NCBI RefSeq assembly: GCF_046119375.1
Contig: NW_027367250.1
Coordinates: 1 to 60,268, forward strand
DNA length: 60,268 bases
Reading direction: 5' to 3'
Source: Phyllobates terribilis
Lineage: Eukaryota
The position numbers and the translations under genes are program-made. Below the pieces are notes generated by a model. That model searched no databases. It saw only the letters and a list, made by a program, of their open reading frames with translations, and was not told where the DNA came from. Shown in pieces: positions 48,663 to 60,268 of the stretch (the stretch's first letter is position 1; each line of letters opens with the position of its first letter).

Positions 48663-49466
48663 ATGCGGTCGCCAATGGTATCATTCGAGTCATCACTCTC
48701 GAACAACAATCAGAGGCAGGCACCTGTAGGTGATTGATGGTCGCTGGAAACGTCAACCTCCACTTGGCTGTGGGCGTGTAAATTAGGGCGTCGGTCGCCG
48801 GTGTCCTCTTTCTTATTTTCCTCACTTCTCTCACAGCGACGGACACCTAAATCAGTGTGCTGGTCGCTTATGTATATTCTTTTCTTGAGGAAGTGAGCGC
48901 TCCATAATGTTCAAAGGGCACCACGCAGTGATTCATTATCTCTGAAATTCACCATTAGGGATCAACGGGAGCCGAAATCACGTAGGCCGCCTCCGATTAG
49001 AGCACATTTTTCATGTTTTCGTCGCTTTTGACTTGGCTCGACATGGGGAACGTAATCTGTCTCATCTTTCCTCTCAACTTTCCTCCATGCGATCGCCACA
49101 ACAATCAGCGGCGGGCGCCTATAGGTGATCGATGGTTGCTGGAAAGTTCAACCTCCACTTGGTTGTGGGCGTGTAAATTAGGGCGGCAGTCGCCGGTGTC
49201 CTCTTTCTTATTTTCCTCACTTCTCTCACGGCGACGGTCAACTAAATCAGTGTGATGGTCGCCTATGTAAATTCCTTTCCTGAGGAAGTGGGCGCTCCAT
49301 AATGTTCAATGGGCACCACACAGTGATTCATTTTCTTCGAAATCACCATTAGGGATCGACGTGTGCCGAAGTCACGATGGCCGCCTCCGATCAGAGCACA
49401 ATTTTCATGTTTTCGTCGCTTTTGACTTGGCTCGACATGGGGAACGTAACGTGTCTCAAATTTCCT
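48663..49466. repeat. ~394-bp direct tandem duplication within a ~1-kb insertion in Athila gag
   Basis: 48703-49072 aligns with 49098-49466 at roughly 85-90% by eye. The segment is GC-richer than its flanks. Confidence 0.85.
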
Positions 49467-50171
49467 ATGGTCTCCTCTTCACCACCAACATCCTCCATAG
49501 ACACTTCCAATATATTCACTTTATGAATACCCGGGTTTTTCCTCATACGTGATGGAAGTCGATCCAAAATTTGACTTTGAATCTGCTTCGGTTAATTGAC
49601 CCGGTTGTTTATCAAATGTGCCCATGATTTATTGGAGATTTACTTGGAAATGGTCACTTGCTTCAACCCTCCTTGTAGATCGGTGTTACTTGTAGCCAAA
49701 GACATTATAATCTTATTGTATGATTATTGAGGTGGCCTTATATGCAAATTCAACTGATTCTGTGTAATCCCCCACAACTCAACTGGTTGAATTAGTCGCT
49801 ATAGGGTGGTATCTGCATCCCTTGTAGATAATCCAGTGCAATAACCTCTTCTTGGAAAGATGGGCATGCATTAGTTGGGCGAAGGTCATCCCCAGACGCC
49901 TCACACGCCTTGACTTGCTGTGGTGTACCTATGAGCTCCAACCTCCTAATTTCCTCCTTAAGTAGTGCAACCTCATCTGGATCTTCTTGAGTCACACTTG
50001 AGATATTCCTCTTGCTAGAGATTCTCCCCGTGCATTGTATCGAATTATCTCCAAGTGTGAAAAAGATGGCAATGGCCTCCTTGTAAGTCAACTTAAGAAT
50101 GTTTCCATGTCAAGCTGCATTGACCATCAGATGATCATTCTCGCAGAGACCACTGTGTAGATATAGAATAA

Positions 50172-51593
50172 TGTTAGTTTGAGTTTTCTCAGACGAATCG
50201 ATTCTTTTGTTTTGATGATGAGATACACTATATTTGATATATCTTGTGTTTTCTAAGCGTGTACAGGAATAGCTTAAGAAGCTAAGAGAGTCGCTTTGAC
50301 AAAGAGAACAAGCTAGAGACTAGATTTGAGCCTTGCAAGTATCAGGAGTATCGCAAAAGTAGTCTAACCAACTCTGAAGTGAAGAATCATATTTTGAAGT
50401 GAAGATGTGAAGAGAGTTTAAGGCAAATGACTAGCACAAAGATGAGGAGAGTCGCTTCCGGCTAGAGTATCCAGTGCTTCAACTCCAGAGTAAATGAAGA
50501 AAAGAAAATCTGACCAGGTGGCTTATGCTACACTAGCGTGTAGAGGACTCTTGCCAGCAATGGGAAACACGTGAAGATCAGTATAGGCGAATGTGTTTCT
50601 ATCTATGTAGAGTGAGGAGGGTGGATCGCCGTGATGGATGAACTGAAGCGTAGTGGTGCGGAGCGGATTTCTAGCATGACAGAATTAATTACAAGTTTGT
50701 TGCTCATGAAAAAGGAGAATCTGGGGTGGAGCTTCGTGGTAGAGTAGTCACACGGATTGCCAAGGTGGCAATCTCATTTATTAAAATATTGTATAGAGTT
50801 TTCTAACTTGGGGAATAAGTTTAGGATTTCTATAAATAGTTGTAATAGTTGTCTACACTTTTACGAGCTTGGGGAACCTGATGAGAGAGAGAAAGTCTAG
50901 CTAGCACAAACACAACAAGATCAGGAAAGCTTGGGAGTTAGTACGCTGAGTGTCTTGGAGGGATACAACATGACTGAAAGCTGGGAAGTTAGTAAGGTTG
51001 AGTGTTTGGGGCAAGCTGGTGATCTCTGAGAGAGCAAGTGTCGTCTGTATAACTTGAGAGCAAAAATCCTTGTAGTGAGATGAACATGATTGTAGTGAGT
51101 GTAGTGTTATAAGGTCTTGTAATCCTATGTTCATTATATTCAATATATTGGCGAGTTTCATCCCGGACATGTATTATTGCTAAGGGTTCTCACCTTACCA
51201 AGTATCTCTGTGCATATTGAGCTGAACTTTATTTCTAACAATCTAAAGTTCATATTGTGGCTATGTCTCGAATTCTACAAATAAACAAACTAGCTACTCG
51301 CTTGTTGTGTTTACAAAGAGACTAAGACTCGCTTTATGTGTTTTTCTACTTCCGTATCTTAAAAACACTGCAACTAGTCTATCGAGCTACTCTTCTATAA
51401 AGAGTTAGTCGATCAAAGCTACTCTATTAAGTTTTCAATAGAGATTCATTCTTATCTACTCGCTTTGTTGAAAATGATTCATTGTACACTAGCTTACTAG
51501 CTGTTGTGCATTAGATTTTGAGTAATTGTAACATTATCATATCTAGTTACACTCGCTTTATGTTACTAGATCATTAACTCGTCATAGCCCACA
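50172..51593 (+). mobile_element. Solo LTR of a second SIRE family
   Basis: TGTTAGTT...CCCACA with TSD AATAA (50167-50171 and 51594-51598), TTTTGATGATGA near the start, TATA ~50830, and a U5 similar to the SIRE LTR at 27740-27800. Removing it restores the in-frame Athila gag EHDLILYLHSGL. Confidence 0.88.
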
Positions 51594-51935
51594 AATAAGA
51601 TCGTGCTCCCGATAACCATGATGTGGGATCTCTTAATTAATTTCTTGAATCTCTCAAAGTAGACAGAGAGACTCCTCACCTTGATGCTCAATGCTAAAAA
51701 TCTTCTTCTTTAACAAATTGGAATTGAGCACCGCAAAATATTTTGATAAAAGTGATTTTTCAAGTCAACCTAGTTGGTGACACTTTCCAGTGCTAACGTA
51801 TGATACCAATCCTTTGTAGGAATGCTTTAGTGGGAAGAAAAACAGATCACATTTTTATTTTCTCCTCGTCCACATCAGAAGGTCTCAGGTTTGTGCATAC
51901 CTTCATGAACTCATCCAGGTGCTGAATATGATTCT

Positions 51936-54900
51936 TGATGTGGAGTAGCTCTGATCTAGGACAATCTACACACCATCTCCTTCATTAACATGATCAACAA
52001 TAAAAGCAAGGAACAAGGGTGCAGAATTTGGTGGAAACAATGAAAAAATCAGCAAACAAACAACAAGGAAAACCAAATCAAGAAGGGAAAGATAGATGAT
52101 GCACAGTCTTTCAAACAAAGAGCCAAACCCTTGATTCAGTTGATCAAAGAACCAACCCAAATGATGCATAACCTTTCATTTACATTCTTAAACAGACATC
52201 TAGCAAGATATGAGGCACAAGGAGGAGGATATATGGTTACTAGGGCCATCAATTCTACTATAATTGACACCCACAAAGACAATATAGATCCAAGAAATCA
52301 ATCACAATCTCCCCTGATTGAAATATCTCTTTGGAATGAGGAAGAAGAAGACGTTCTAGAGAAAAACACAAATATGTTTTTCACTTCAGCCATACGTACC
52401 AATTAGAATGAGAAAAAAGCTTTAAATACTATTCTAAGTGAGCCCATGAACTGGCGCCTAATAATGTCTTAAAAATAATAACTAAACCATACAGAATAAT
52501 AACCTGAACCTAGTGAAAGGGTTTAATGAATCGGCCATGAAAAATCAGTGAACCGGCCCTTAAAGATCCTAACACTATTAAGTGACAATCCATGCTTGAA
52601 AACACTTAAAACCCCACATAAAATGCAACTAAACTATTACAATCTTGAATCAATATATGAACATGATGAGGGCTTTTGGTGCAAAGTCTCTTGATCTTGA
52701 AATTTTGATCATCTCCTAAAGTGCCAACTTGTATAGACAACTTTCTTGCTCTTGACCTTGTGATAGGTCCTAATAGATTTGACACTTGATGTTTAGGAGC
52801 TATCCTTGATGGTCCTGCATCATCCTCCCCTTCTTGAAGAGGATTCGACCTCGAATCATTAGGCTCCTCATCACCTTTATCATAGGGAGATAGATCACTT
52901 ACATCAAATGTAGGATTTACACCATAGCCCAATGGGAGATCTAAGACATAAACATTGTATCTTGATCACTTTGAAAGGTTCATCACCCCAAGATGAAGTC
53001 TTAGGGATGTTCTTGCGTGAAAACCTTTCCTTCTATTTATGGATTCAAACTAGGTATCCGAGTTCATAGGGCACTTGCATTCGGCCCTTGTCCTTCCTAG
53101 TGTTGATGGCTGCATCCTCTAGCTCCTTGTTGAGTGACATGAGTGTAATGAGAGTGTTGTATGGACTTGGCTGGCTCTGTGGAGGTCCATGGACAGAATT
53201 GAGCCGTGAGCTTCCTTGTTGCTTCTACTTGTTCCTCTTCCTCTCTCCGACCTCGTCAACCTACAATGGAGTCATAGGCTTGAAGGTAATAGTAGTGTCA
53301 TTAAACACAAACGGATATTTATTACTAAAACCATCATGAGTGACATTCCTATCATATTGCAAAGGTCTACCTAACAGGACATGACATTCTTGCATTGGAA
53401 CAACATCACAAACAATACTATCCATATAAGGTCCTAGCTTAATGGATATGCTCACTTGCTTATTGATCCTTAGATTTCCATATTCATTCATCCAATGGAG
53501 TCTATAAGGTCTAGGATGGAAAAAAGAACTGAGTTGTAACCTAGACACAAGATGGTACTTGCAATGTTACAACAAGATCCTCCATCTATAATTACATCAC
53601 AAACTTTGACCTTAACCATGCATCTAGTTTGAAATAAGTTTTCTCTTTGATTATCATCACACAAATCAGGTTGTACATGAAAACTTCTCATCATTAACAT
53701 TCATAGGCAAAGGAGTTGCATCATCATTATCACTAGCCGAATCATATTGTCCTAGTTGATTAACAATCATAGTTCTCCTATTAGGATAATCTCTCATGTA
53801 ATGACCCTTACCTTTACAGTTAAACTAGTCAATTTAACTAGTCTTTTCAACATTAGGAAGAGGATTAGAAACATTCCCTTTTATTCCATGTGAAATTTTG
53901 GTGGAAGGCTTGGAAAGATGGCCTTGCTCTCGGACATGGTTGCCTTGTTCTTGATCTTGGTCGTGGGGTTGGACAAACCTTTGATTCCCTTCCATTTGCT
54001 TGATATGAATCCTCCTCTACTGGATGGGAAGGCTCTTCATCTTTAGTTTCCTCGTTGTTTTGATGGTGGTTTGGAGCAACTCCGTCATAGTGCTATAAGG
54101 ATACATTTCAACTTGACAAGAAAGGTTAGTGTTCAAGATCCTTATATACCTTTCCATGATGGATTATTCATGGCAAGGATCACACAAACTTCATATTCTC
54201 TAACTTAAGCAAGGTTCTATGAGTGAAGAGGAGGCCTATAAGGATCTTGAACTGAAAGGTATATAAAGATCTTGAACTAAAAAGCAATCAATTTGTTTAA
54301 GCACTTTAGACTCAAGAGATTAGGAGATTACCTTGAGTGTTTCCACAATAGGATCATAAGAGACCCTTGGAGTGCTTAGACTTGTCTATGGAAGTGTATG
54401 TAGGCTTAGGGTAGGTGTGTGTTCTGTTTAGAGGTGTGTTGATGGCCAAACAAAAACAATGAACTTAGTTGAAGAATTTGTGAACTAGTGTGCAGAAAAC
54501 TATGAACCTGGGCGTAGTTTCTGTGAATTTGGGTGCCAAGGATGTTTCAAGATAGGGCAAGGCTAAGGGTTGTAAATTCATGGTAGAGGCAACCTTACGA
54601 TGTATGGTGAATGCACGCCTAGGGTTTGGATGGGTGTTGAGCATCGCAAACAGGGGGTGAGGGTGAGCGATGCTAGGGTTAGGGTGATTGGTTGATGAGT
54701 GATGAACTTGGAGACGAGCGTGAGCAAACCTGGTGGGTGAGGGTGGTAAACCTTGTGCACGAATTGCACGAATATAGCCTTGGTGTCGAGACTTGGGGGT
54801 CACTTTTGATGAAACTTGGAGGGCACATCTAAATTGCATTAACTGAAAACCCTACCTTATGATAGCGTTAAATACAATCTAAACTAGATGTAACTCTTTT

Positions 54901-56025
54901 CTTTCAACGTACAACTTTGTCTTCTTTTTTTGACTTTTTTTTTGTTTAAGTGAATCTCATATTCTAATTTCACTAAAAAAAGAAATACAAAAAAAATCAA
55001 GAAAATCATCTAAAAAGATCGAACTCTAGGAGAAGTTACACCACTTTCTCTCGCACCTTGCAGACTCAACTCCCACGTCCAATTTGTGATTTTTTTTTCT
55101 TCTAATTCGTCTTTTAATCAATCATCAACTGACCTCAAATGCTCTTCTATGATTTTGAATGGTTATAGGATGAAAGCTTGAGGATGAATTTGTAGTTCTT
55201 CAAAGAAGGTGAGTTTTTGGCCGGTTATGTTGCTGAGTTCGGGGCTTGATGGTTCGGCTATGGAGGCAGGTAAGGGTGAGGCTGACAAGCCTAAGCCATC
55301 TCCTACTAGCCTCCTTGGATGCAATTCGACCTTGGAATCAACATAAACAATACACCAATCTCACGATAAACTTGTAAACATGAATTCAGAAAATTTTGAA
55401 CCAAATTCTATTTTCTCTTGATTTGTGGCTATGGTGGTGGCTAGTGGTTGCAACGGTGAGGTGGATGGTGTCAATTGGTTGTGATACCACTTTGATGCGA
55501 AGTTGCTCAGACCTTGGCCAATATAGACATCATCTCCTTCATGAACATGATCAACAATGGAAGCAATGAACAACGAGGTGGAATTTGGTAGAAAAATTGA
55601 AAAAAATCAGAAAACAGACAACAAGGAAAAACAAAGAAAGAAGGGAAAGATAGATGATGAACAAACTATGCAAACAATGAACAAACCCATTTATTCAATT
55701 GATCAAAGAACCATGCCAAATGATGCATAACCCTTTTATTCTACAACCTTACATAAACATCTAGCAAGAGATGCAGCACAAGGAGGATGATCTATGTTTT
55801 CTGGGGCCACCAATTCTACTAGAATTGACATTCACAAAGACAATCTACATCAAGCAATAAATCACACTCTTCACTCCCAAAAACATCTCTTTGGAATGAG
55901 GAAGAATAAGACGTTTTGGATAAAACACAAATTTGTTTTTCAATTCAGCAAAACGTACCAATTACGTTGAGAAAAAGGCCTTAAACACTAGTCTATGTGA
56001 ACCCAGGAACCTGGCCCCTAATAAT
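51936..56025 (-). mobile_element. CRM (centromeric chromovirus) element with RT-RH-integrase core deleted and 5' LTR truncated
   Basis: 3' LTR 51936-52822 (TGATG..CATCA), PPT at 52823-52836 inside NPLQEGEDDA, CR motif GPITRSRARK, protease RENLFQTRC..IIDGGSCCNIAS, and knuckle at ~53800. A tRNA-Met PBS remnant GATACCA is at 55483-55489, and the partial 5' LTR spans 55493-56025. Confidence 0.85.
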
Positions 56026-56045
56026 ATAAATTGGCATCGTTTCCT

Positions 56046-57430
56046 CCTCGACAACGACACCAATTTGATGAACAACACTTTTGTCTGGTCGTATGGATTA
56101 GGCGAACAAAAGTACCATAAAGGCAAAGTTTGCGAGACAGGTAATCTCGCCAATTTATTTTCCTATCTAACCTCTAAATCCTAATAAATCAGGATTATAG
56201 TGCAAGTAAGGGTCGAACACACATGAAGCTATCAACTTGTAATCACTTTCTACTATGAAAATCAATATATAAAAAAGCGTTTTATGGTTTCTACTTCTAA
56301 GAAAGCAGTAAAGAAATTATCAATATAGGAGAAAAGTCTTATTAAAGCTGTGTTTCGGTATTCAATAATAATATTGATCATGGAAATTCCAGCATTAAAT
56401 TTATATGCAAATTGTTCCTATTCTTATAAGAAACTAACTACCATATCAAACAGAGTCAACTAATGATGTTCTAATTAGTTAACCACGACAAACCCGTGAA
56501 TGCAAAGAACATCAGGATACATAGACAACAAAGCAGTTATCCTATAATGCAGTTATCTAAATACAAATTCTAGTAGAAACAAAATCTAAAACTATATGCT
56601 TGCTTCAAAGGAATAGAATTTGACAAACGAAACAATATATCCTAGAAGTATGAAATATCCAATTCAATCCTATGTGATTAATAGATAATCTAACTAACAT
56701 CCAGTCAATAATTCATCACAAGAGAAAAACATACAACTTATGCATAAGAATAATCTGGAAAATCTTACAATAATTACCAATTGAATACCTTTACTATCTT
56801 TACTAAAAGATTAGAGTTTAATTACTCATACCTAATAAAAACTGCAAACTCTTGTATAAAACTTGAAGAATTCCATCACAAAGTCACAAAAACCTCATAG
56901 GATGAACGATAGAGAAGTACATAACATAGAACGATAGAACTTTGATATATTTCTTGGGATTAAGATAAGAGCCACATAAATAGCCTTAATTTAACCCTAG
57001 ATTCTATCTTCCGAGGATAATAATTAAAGTAACAGAAAACAAATTCAAACTAACAATATATGTACTATCTAATTCAGAAAAGGTAAAAAATAACAGAAAC
57101 CCCGTCTAGAAAATAAGCCTATTGGAGGGCGTCTGTAGGTCTTTGGTGGTTGTCACTGCTTGCATTCGGGAAACTCTAGTAACTCTATTGGCTGGAGGCG
57201 GAAATGGATAGGCGGTGTACCACTGACAGATCAACTAATTACTCCTCCAGCTCCTTCAGCTTTGTCTTGATCTTCAACTCCGCGTGTCCCCTCCTCTTCT
57301 CTTCCCTTCTCTTCTCTTCATAAACCTCCAAGAAGTAGAATAAAAAAGTATATATGGTCATAAAGCAATGCTCACCAAATATAATATACTACAACTCAAT
57401 ATAACAGTAATGTGTTAACTCTATGCTATT
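56046..57430 (-). mobile_element. Athila PBS (tRNA-Asp-type) plus 5' LTR; right end uncertain
   Basis: The minus strand reads TGGTGTCGTTGTCGAGG (56046-56062), close to the Athila PBS TGGCGCCGTTGCCGGGG. The LTR starts TGATG at 56066 and has AGTAAGGGTCGAA at ~56205. Confidence 0.65.
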
Positions 57431-57439
57431 ATACCCGTC

Positions 57440-58435
57440 GTAGACGTGTACACCATCCACCGTTACAATAAAACCGTTGAAGTCCATGGTCGCCCGGAGC
57501 GGCTTGCTGAGATCAACCTCAATACACACCCTGAAAAACTTGCCTCTCATTGTGCAAAGAGTATTCATGCCGATCTTCACATGCTCTCCAAGGCTGGACA
57601 CGATTCTTTTAATCACTCGTTGCTAATAGTAATGGACTGGTAGGTTCGAGAGACAAAACTAAGTGCAAATTATTTTGATGGAGTCTCAAGCATGGTTGAA
57701 GGATGGTGTCCGTCGGTTAGAGCATCGAAGAAATCATACTCCTTCTCGAAACGGATAACAGAGAAACAATTTGATAGATCGACAATGACAATCTTGCCAT
57801 TTGGATTCCAAAGTTCCCTTAGTTTTCTGTTAAGAAACTAAAAGGCAATGGATCTCCCGGGCAGTTTGATTATGACTCAGGAGCTCCAACCCTTGGCAAG
57901 GGAATAAAAGATATCATGGTTGATAATGATGAAGGGGTTTCTGATGTCGCCCAAAGGATACATGATTATGATTCCCTCCATGATTATATCATTATAAATA
58001 GCTTCTTTTTATTGTGCATGAAAGTTGTCTTTCAATTTTCCGGAAAAGGATACTGGAGGCGGCTGGTGGGAGAGGGGGAGAGGGGTTGGTGTTTTTGGGT
58101 CGCTAGGTAGGGGAGAAACCGATAGGTAGGGGGTAATCTACTCCAATGATGGGGGGGGGGGGGCGGGAGTGAGGCCTAGTAGGAGCTCCCCAGTGGTGGA
58201 AACGGACGAGAACACCACAGTCTCTGAAGCCACAATGGATGGTTGGGAGTTGGGGGTATGAGAGGGTTCCGCGAGGGCTCTAAAACTGTCCATCAGAGTG
58301 GAATACCGGATGGAGTCAGGCGGGTCACCCGGTACGGGAACAGACTACACAAGATCAAACATGGTCACATCTGCCAAAGGGTCGGCCAAATTTGCCATAA
58401 GGGGTAGAAAATTTTAAGGTGTGTGGAGAGAGTTT
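57440..58435 (-). pseudogene. L1 LINE 5' UTR plus ORF1 remnant (DUF4283-type)
   Basis: ATG at 58398 on minus, followed by PGDPPD, VIIKLPGRSI..RKLRELW..IVDL.N..VIRF and RGKFFRVCIEVDLSKPL. Stops and frameshifts are present, and ORF2 is absent. Confidence 0.85.
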
Positions 58436-58514
58436 TAGAATTTTATGTTAGTTGGTGATATAGAGCATGTATTGTGCATATCTTTTACACACGTACAGAG
58501 AGTGCTTTATATTT

Positions 58515-58885
58515 TTTTCCAAAAATTACCCTTACATGGTATTCCATTATACACAACATCTTTTACATGCAGTTTTGTTGCTCTATAATAGAATACCACT
58601 TAAGGGTGATTTTTGGAGAATTTTTTTTGACGATGTACACCATATTTCAGATAACCAAATTTTTTGAAGAAAAACAAACAAATAACTTATATTGGTAGTC
58701 TCTATTATTGAGTATCAGATTTTTTGAAAAATCTAAATTTGGTACTCTATAAGAGAGAGTACCAAATTGTATTCAAAATGTGATATAGGGCATCTTTATT
58801 TTGAAAATAAACTATGTTGGTACTCTATGTCTTAGAGCACCATATTTAGATGTAATTGGTATGCTATCTTTGAATGCACTGGTTC
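58515..58885. repeat. Cluster of inverted repeats, GGTACTCT-N7-AGAGTACC type
   Basis: Perfect 13-bp arms at 58736-58748 and 58756-58768, degenerate copies at ~58692, 58817 and 58856, and a 17-bp pair at 58518-58534 / 58600-58616. Confidence 0.65.
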
Positions 58886-59363
58886 CTTAAAAAAATTACT
58901 TTAGGTTTACGTTTAGGTTAAAATCCAGGTAAAAAGATGATTGTGGGATGAACTAGAAAAAACACAAAATACATGTGTTTATGATTTTTTTAAATTAATG
59001 AAATGCAAGATTTATGCTAACTTGCATTAGGGTTTTTACCATATAAGCCTCCAGTTCGTCTTCTCATGCCAAATCATCTTTCCCAATCCCGTCCCATTTC
59101 GTCTCTGTGTCGCCTCCGGCGCCCTCGTCCTCCCCGTCCTCCCCTTTGTCCTCTAGCGTCCTCTCTCATCCTTCCCTCTCTTCCATGTCCTCCTCCTCCT
59201 CCTCACTTCTCTTTCCCTCCTCCGACACTACTATCTCCGCCCACCCTGATCTCATATAAATGCATGAGTTATGATTATTTAAATTTTATAATATAAATAT
59301 AAGAATAATGTAAATTGTATATGTATAATAAAAAATGTACATTATATAATTTTATGAGTATAA

Positions 59364-60268
59364 TGTTGATAGAGAGGTCGTTAGGCACTCTAGTCAAAGT
59401 AATCCCTTTTACTCCTTTACTAAAGTAGAGTGACAAGTAGGGGTCGAATCACACAAGGAACCGAATCAATCAATTCTTATGGTATTAGAACGACTAACTA
59501 GTTAAAAGTAACTAACTGGGGGATTGTGGAAACTATTTTGATTAATTGGGAAAACACTTCATATGGTTGGTCTAATGTACTAGCCAGATTCAATGGTCCT
59601 AGGTTCCTTCTATTCGGGTTCTATCTCTATTCCTAATTCCTTTATGTTTTCTAATTTCCCTAATCCATGTACTAATATTGCTAGTTAGGTCAACTAGTCC
59701 TAACATCGTCTTGCCTACCAACCTAGCCTTGAAACTATCAAGACTAACTCCTAGGAAGCATTAAGTTCATGAATAAATAGGAAGGTATATTTCCCTTGGC
59801 GCCTAGAACTCATTAATATCCCTATCCTACAAGTCCAACTAGTCCAAGTAGAGATTCGTACTACTAAGCAAGCAAGGTTCTCCAACTAGGATAAACCAGG
59901 CCCTAGCAATATTAAATCGAACTAACAGCATAGGTGATCAATCTAGAAAGTGCATTCAATTCAATACATATTACACGCAAGAGATTAAAGAAATGGAGAC
60001 ATAATAACATTAAGAACCAAGGATAAGAACCTTACATTGAATCAGTCTAAAGGCACGAACCAACCATACAAAGTCTAAGGAGATTACTTCTGGCTCTTTT
60101 CTAATAACCTAATAAAGTAATTTAGAAAATGAGATAATGTATCTTTAGGGAGAGGCAAAGATCTCCCTATTTATAAGAAATGAGTAAGCTAACCCTAAAT
60201 GAGAACCCTAAAATGAGTTGCATGAAAGCCCAACCCGAAGGTGGGGCCGTGCATGTATCAGCGCGATT
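59364..60268 (-). mobile_element. Athila-type LTR running off the window end
   Basis: Starts with TG at ~59364, has AGTAGGGGTCGAATCACACAAGG (~59437) and CCCTATTTATAAG (TATA on minus, ~60165). No adjacent PBS. Confidence 0.65.

Larger units (their letters stand above)
46854..51935 (-). pseudogene. Athila (Ty3/Gypsy) gag-protease remnant and post-pol region, interrupted by later insertions
   Basis: HLDEFMKVC..EEKIK, YFERFKKL..PHHGY.EHDLI|LYLHSGL..AA..TYKEA, LPS..NP, PFP, LGTSINLLP..QLVD..VILGRSFMRTGSAIIDVRDG. An Athila-type CTTGGGCTATCTCCC..AAGCG..TTTAGAGTCG segment lies at ~47373-47415. No RT was seen. Confidence 0.82.

Noticed and set aside
45690-49466. Hammerhead ribozyme or retrozyme (CTGATGA in the 88-bp units on minus; CTGAGGA at ~49280)
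   Set aside because: No stem II followed by GAAA with matching stems I and III could be built.
50163-51442. ATAGA as TSD of the SIRE solo LTR, ending at 51437
   Set aside because: The family motif continues to 51593, where the TSD AATAA abuts TG/CA directly and restores the gag frame.

Overview
Plant (probably eudicot) nuclear DNA made almost entirely of nested, mostly decayed transposable elements; no intact host gene was found. From left to right: (1) 1-4535 is a patchwork of host exon fragments, including two ATG16 exons with a nonsense codon, ending at a Helitron-type 3' terminus. (2) 4815-12135 is a non-coding Tat/Retand-type LTR element (TSD GCTTA) whose interior consists of hairpin-bearing tandem arrays. 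(3) A Copia-like LTR remnant is split by a complete non-autonomous CACTA element (13331-17092, TSD GAC, TnpA-like pseudogene). (4) ~17681-37782 is a large Mutator-like element with degenerate TIRs, carrying a DUF1985-Ulp1 gene convergent with mudrA. Its non-coding DNA is saturated with a GTGATGACA motif whose strand follows each gene, a VANDAL/VANC-like layout and the best candidate system here. A SIRE element (26863-34754, TSD ATAAC) sits in a mudrA intron. (5) An L1 RNase H fragment and an old second Tat element (39101-46848, minus strand) follow. (6) A minus-strand Athila remnant hosts a 394-bp tandem duplication, a SIRE solo LTR (TSD AATAA) and a deleted CRM element. (7) The window ends with an L1 ORF1 remnant, a palindrome array and another Athila-type LTR. 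All family and domain calls rest on motifs recognised by eye, and divergences are rough by-eye estimates; nothing was computed or searched.
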